From assembly GCF_902713755.1 (NCBI RefSeq), contig NZ_LR744089.1: a stretch of 32,000 nucleotides of DNA. One strand, written 5' to 3'. Below the pieces are notes generated by a model. That model was not told the origin of the DNA, ran no database searches, and saw only the letters and a list, made by a program, of their open reading frames with translations. Position numbers and translations under genes: made by a program. Positions within the stretch are counted from its first letter, which is position 1; every line of letters begins with the position of its first letter. The stretch comes from Candidatus Saccharimonadota bacterium (GTDB lineage: Bacteria; Pseudomonadota; Gammaproteobacteria; Johnevansiales; Johnevansiaceae). Of the stretch, positions 30,658 to 32,000 are shown piece by piece.

Positions 30658-30785
30658 GCATTTAAGCATTTAAGCATTTAAGCATTTAAGCATTTAAGCA
30701 TTTAAGCATTTAAGCATTTAAGCATTTAAGCATTTAAGCATTTAAGCATTTAAGCATTTAAGCATTTAAGCATATAAGCATAAAT
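30658..30785. repeat. Octanucleotide microsatellite (gcatttaa; UUAAAUGC in the RNA), 14 perfect plus 2 degenerate units, inside ssrA
   Basis: Read directly: perfect units every 8 nt from 30658 to 30769, then gcatataa (30770-30777) and gcataaat (30778-30785). Confidence 0.97.
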
Positions 30786-30810
30786 TCTGAGCACAAATTT
30801 TATTATTGGC
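30766..30810 (-). other. Predicted tmRNA tag reading frame: ANNKICAQNLCLYA plus UAA
   Basis: GCC at tmRNA nt 93-95 (the E. coli resume codon is at nt 90), preceded by an A/U-rich single-stranded stretch. Codons: GCC AAU AAU AAA AUU UGU GCU CAG AAU UUA UGC UUA UAU GCU UAA. The resume-codon choice is inferred by analogy, not proven. Confidence 0.55.
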
Positions 30811-30944
30811 AAATATTATATATTAACTTTTAATTAACGAGATAAGTTAAATCTCGACATGAACTTAAAAAGTTTTATTTATGTCGAATCCATAACGCCC
30901 CCATATTTTTTTATACTAATAAAACTTATTATTTATGTCAAATG

Positions 30945-31370
30945 TTAAAATTTGTTTTTACGATCCCAATCTCTTTTTTTTTCTATTTCACGTTTATCAA
31001 TTAATTTTTTACCTTTTACTAAAGCTAATTCACATTTACAAAGATGTTTTTTCCAATAAAATTTTAAAGGTATACAAGTATATCGTTTAATATTTATATA
31101 TGATTTTATATATGAAATTTCTTTTTTTTTAAGTAAAATTTTTTTTATATTTTTTATTTTAATTAATTTATTTGTAGTATTTATTGGTATAAACTTTGCA
31201 CCTACTAACCAAGCTTCATTATATTTTATTGTAATATAAGTATTATTTAAATTAAATTTCTTAACACGTATACTTTTTATTTCCCAACCAAAAAGAGATA
31301 TTCCTGCTTCAAATTTGTCAAAAATAAAATATTTATATTTTGCTTTACGATTATAATAAATTATCTGCAT
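30945..31370 (-). CDS. smpB: SsrA-binding protein
   Basis: 141 aa. NRKAKYKYFI..FEAGISLFGWEIKS matches the SmpB N-terminal consensus (N+KA+HEY.IEE..EAG..L.G.EVKS). It has a basic C-terminal tail and is adjacent to ssrA. Confidence 0.93.
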   Translation of the reverse strand: MQIIYYNRKAKYKYFIFDKFEAGISLFGWEIKSIRVKKFNLNNTYITIKYNEAWLVGAKFIPINTTNKLIKIKNIKKILLKKKEISYIKSYINIKRYTCIPLKFYWKKHLCKCELALVKGKKLIDKREIEKKRDWDRKNKF

Positions 31371-31384
31371 AAAATTTTTATTAA

Positions 31385-31414
31385 CTTGAAATTTTATATT
31401 TATGTACTTAATTT
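31385..31414 (+). promoter_or_regulatory. Possible eroded sigma-32 (heat-shock) promoter for grpE
   Basis: cttgaaa at 31385-31391 equals the sigma-32 -35 core (CTTGAAA). After a 15-nt spacer, cttaattt (31407-31414) matches only C...AT.T of the -10 consensus CCCCATnT. It lies 36 nt upstream of the grpE ATG. False-positive risk is high in AT-rich DNA. Confidence 0.25.
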
Positions 31415-31450
31415 TAACATAAAACTAACGTTTATGTTAGGAATATAATT

Positions 31451-31975
31451 ATGTTTAAAGAAAATATTTATTCAAAAAACAATAATTTAATATTTCAAGA
31501 ACAAAAAATTACAGATAAATTAAAATCACGTATATTTTATCTTGAGATTGAATTAGAAAATTATAAAAATAAAACATTAAAATCTTTATCAGATACAAAA
31601 AATTATATACGTAGAGCTGATAAAGAAATTGAAAAAACACGTAAATTTGCAATAGAAAAATTTATTAAAGAATTAATACCAGTTATAGATGGATTAGAAA
31701 AAGCTTTTGAACTTATGAAAAAAGAAAAAATAAATAATTCTCATATAGAAGGTTTAAAAATGACATTAAATATGCAAATAAATGTTATTAAAAAATTTGG
31801 TGTTAATCAAATTAATCCCATAGGAAAAACTTTTAATCCAAAATGTCACGAAGCAATTGCTACTGTAAAATCTTTAAATAATAATAATACTATTATAGAT
31901 GTTTTACAAAAAGGATATATTCTTAATGACCGATTATTACGTCCGGCTATGGTTATAGTTAGTAAAAATAATTAA
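31451..31975 (+). CDS. grpE: Nucleotide exchange factor GrpE
   Basis: 174 aa. A coiled-coil N-terminus is followed by R(R)ADKEIEKTRKFAIEKFIKELIPVIDGLEKA, HEAIA, and the C-terminal GY.LNDRLLRPAMV motif. Confidence 0.95.
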   Translation: MFKENIYSKNNNLIFQEQKITDKLKSRIFYLEIELENYKNKTLKSLSDTKNYIRRADKEIEKTRKFAIEKFIKELIPVIDGLEKAFELMKKEKINNSHIEGLKMTLNMQINVIKKFGVNQINPIGKTFNPKCHEAIATVKSLNNNNTIIDVLQKGYILNDRLLRPAMVIVSKNN

Positions 31976-32000
31976 TTAATATAATAATGAGGTATTTAAT

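Larger units (their letters stand above)
30411..30902 (-). ncRNA. ssrA: tmRNA (transfer-messenger RNA), 492 nt including an internal microsatellite
   Basis: The reverse complement begins GGGGGCGUUAUGGAUUCGAC (compare E. coli GGGGCUGAUUCUGGAUUCGAC) and ends GGACGCGGGUUCGAAUCCCGCCGCCUCCA (T arm plus acceptor). The acceptor stem GGGGGCG/CGCCUCC contains the G3:U identity pair for AlaRS. A PK1-like hairpin GAGAUUUAACUUAUCUC is followed by a GCC-initiated short ORF. The gene is directly downstream of, and co-oriented with, smpB. Confidence 0.92.

Noticed and set aside
30320-30785. Possibility that the tandem arrays are CRISPR arrays
   Set aside because: The units are contiguous (7-12 bp) with no unique spacers between them, far shorter than CRISPR repeats, and no cas genes are present. 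They are micro- or minisatellites.

Overview
This window is an extremely AT-rich (roughly 20% GC by eye), almost gap-free stretch of a strongly reduced gammaproteobacterial genome of the insect nutritional-endosymbiont type. I can support 30 protein genes, 5 tRNAs and one tmRNA. In order: gyrB (3' part), tRNA-Ile2/Met(CAU), glyS-glyQ (-), ilvA, fpr, and the complete NADH:quinone oxidoreductase operon nuoA-N with fused nuoCD (+). Then dapF-lysA-argH (-), tRNA-Thr(CGU) (+), an AI-2E/PerM-family permease, a Pseudomonas-type thrB and hisC-hisF-hisA-hisH-hisB (all -). Then a tRNA-Phe/Gln/Thr(UGU) cluster (+), ssrA (tmRNA) and smpB (-), and grpE (+). The genetic code is standard (TGA is used as a stop). 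The content is essential amino-acid biosynthesis (Ile, Lys, Arg, Thr, His), respiration and translation/quality-control housekeeping. I see no mobile element, CRISPR array, defence, toxin or secretion locus, and no unassigned multi-gene cluster, so I do not claim a novel multi-gene system. What is unusual is structural. Four short perfect tandem-repeat arrays (units of 7, 8, 11 and 12 bp) sit exactly at gene ends in an otherwise spacer-free genome. The most striking is about 128 nt of an 8-nt microsatellite inside the tmRNA gene, beginning at the tag stop codon. It gives a 492-nt ssrA and a predicted tag (ANNKICAQNLCLYA) that lacks the canonical ALAA end. Other observations: antisense overlap of the glyS 3' end with a tRNA (stop codon over the anticodon), a convergent nuoN/dapF overlap, and a permease retained at the end of the his-thrB gene string. 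Gene order and enzyme types (gyrB..glyS-glyQ, lysA-dapF, kinase-fold ThrB, monofunctional HisB, fused NuoCD) suggest Pseudomonadales/Oceanospirillales-like ancestry rather than Enterobacterales. The exact taxon cannot be established from the window alone.
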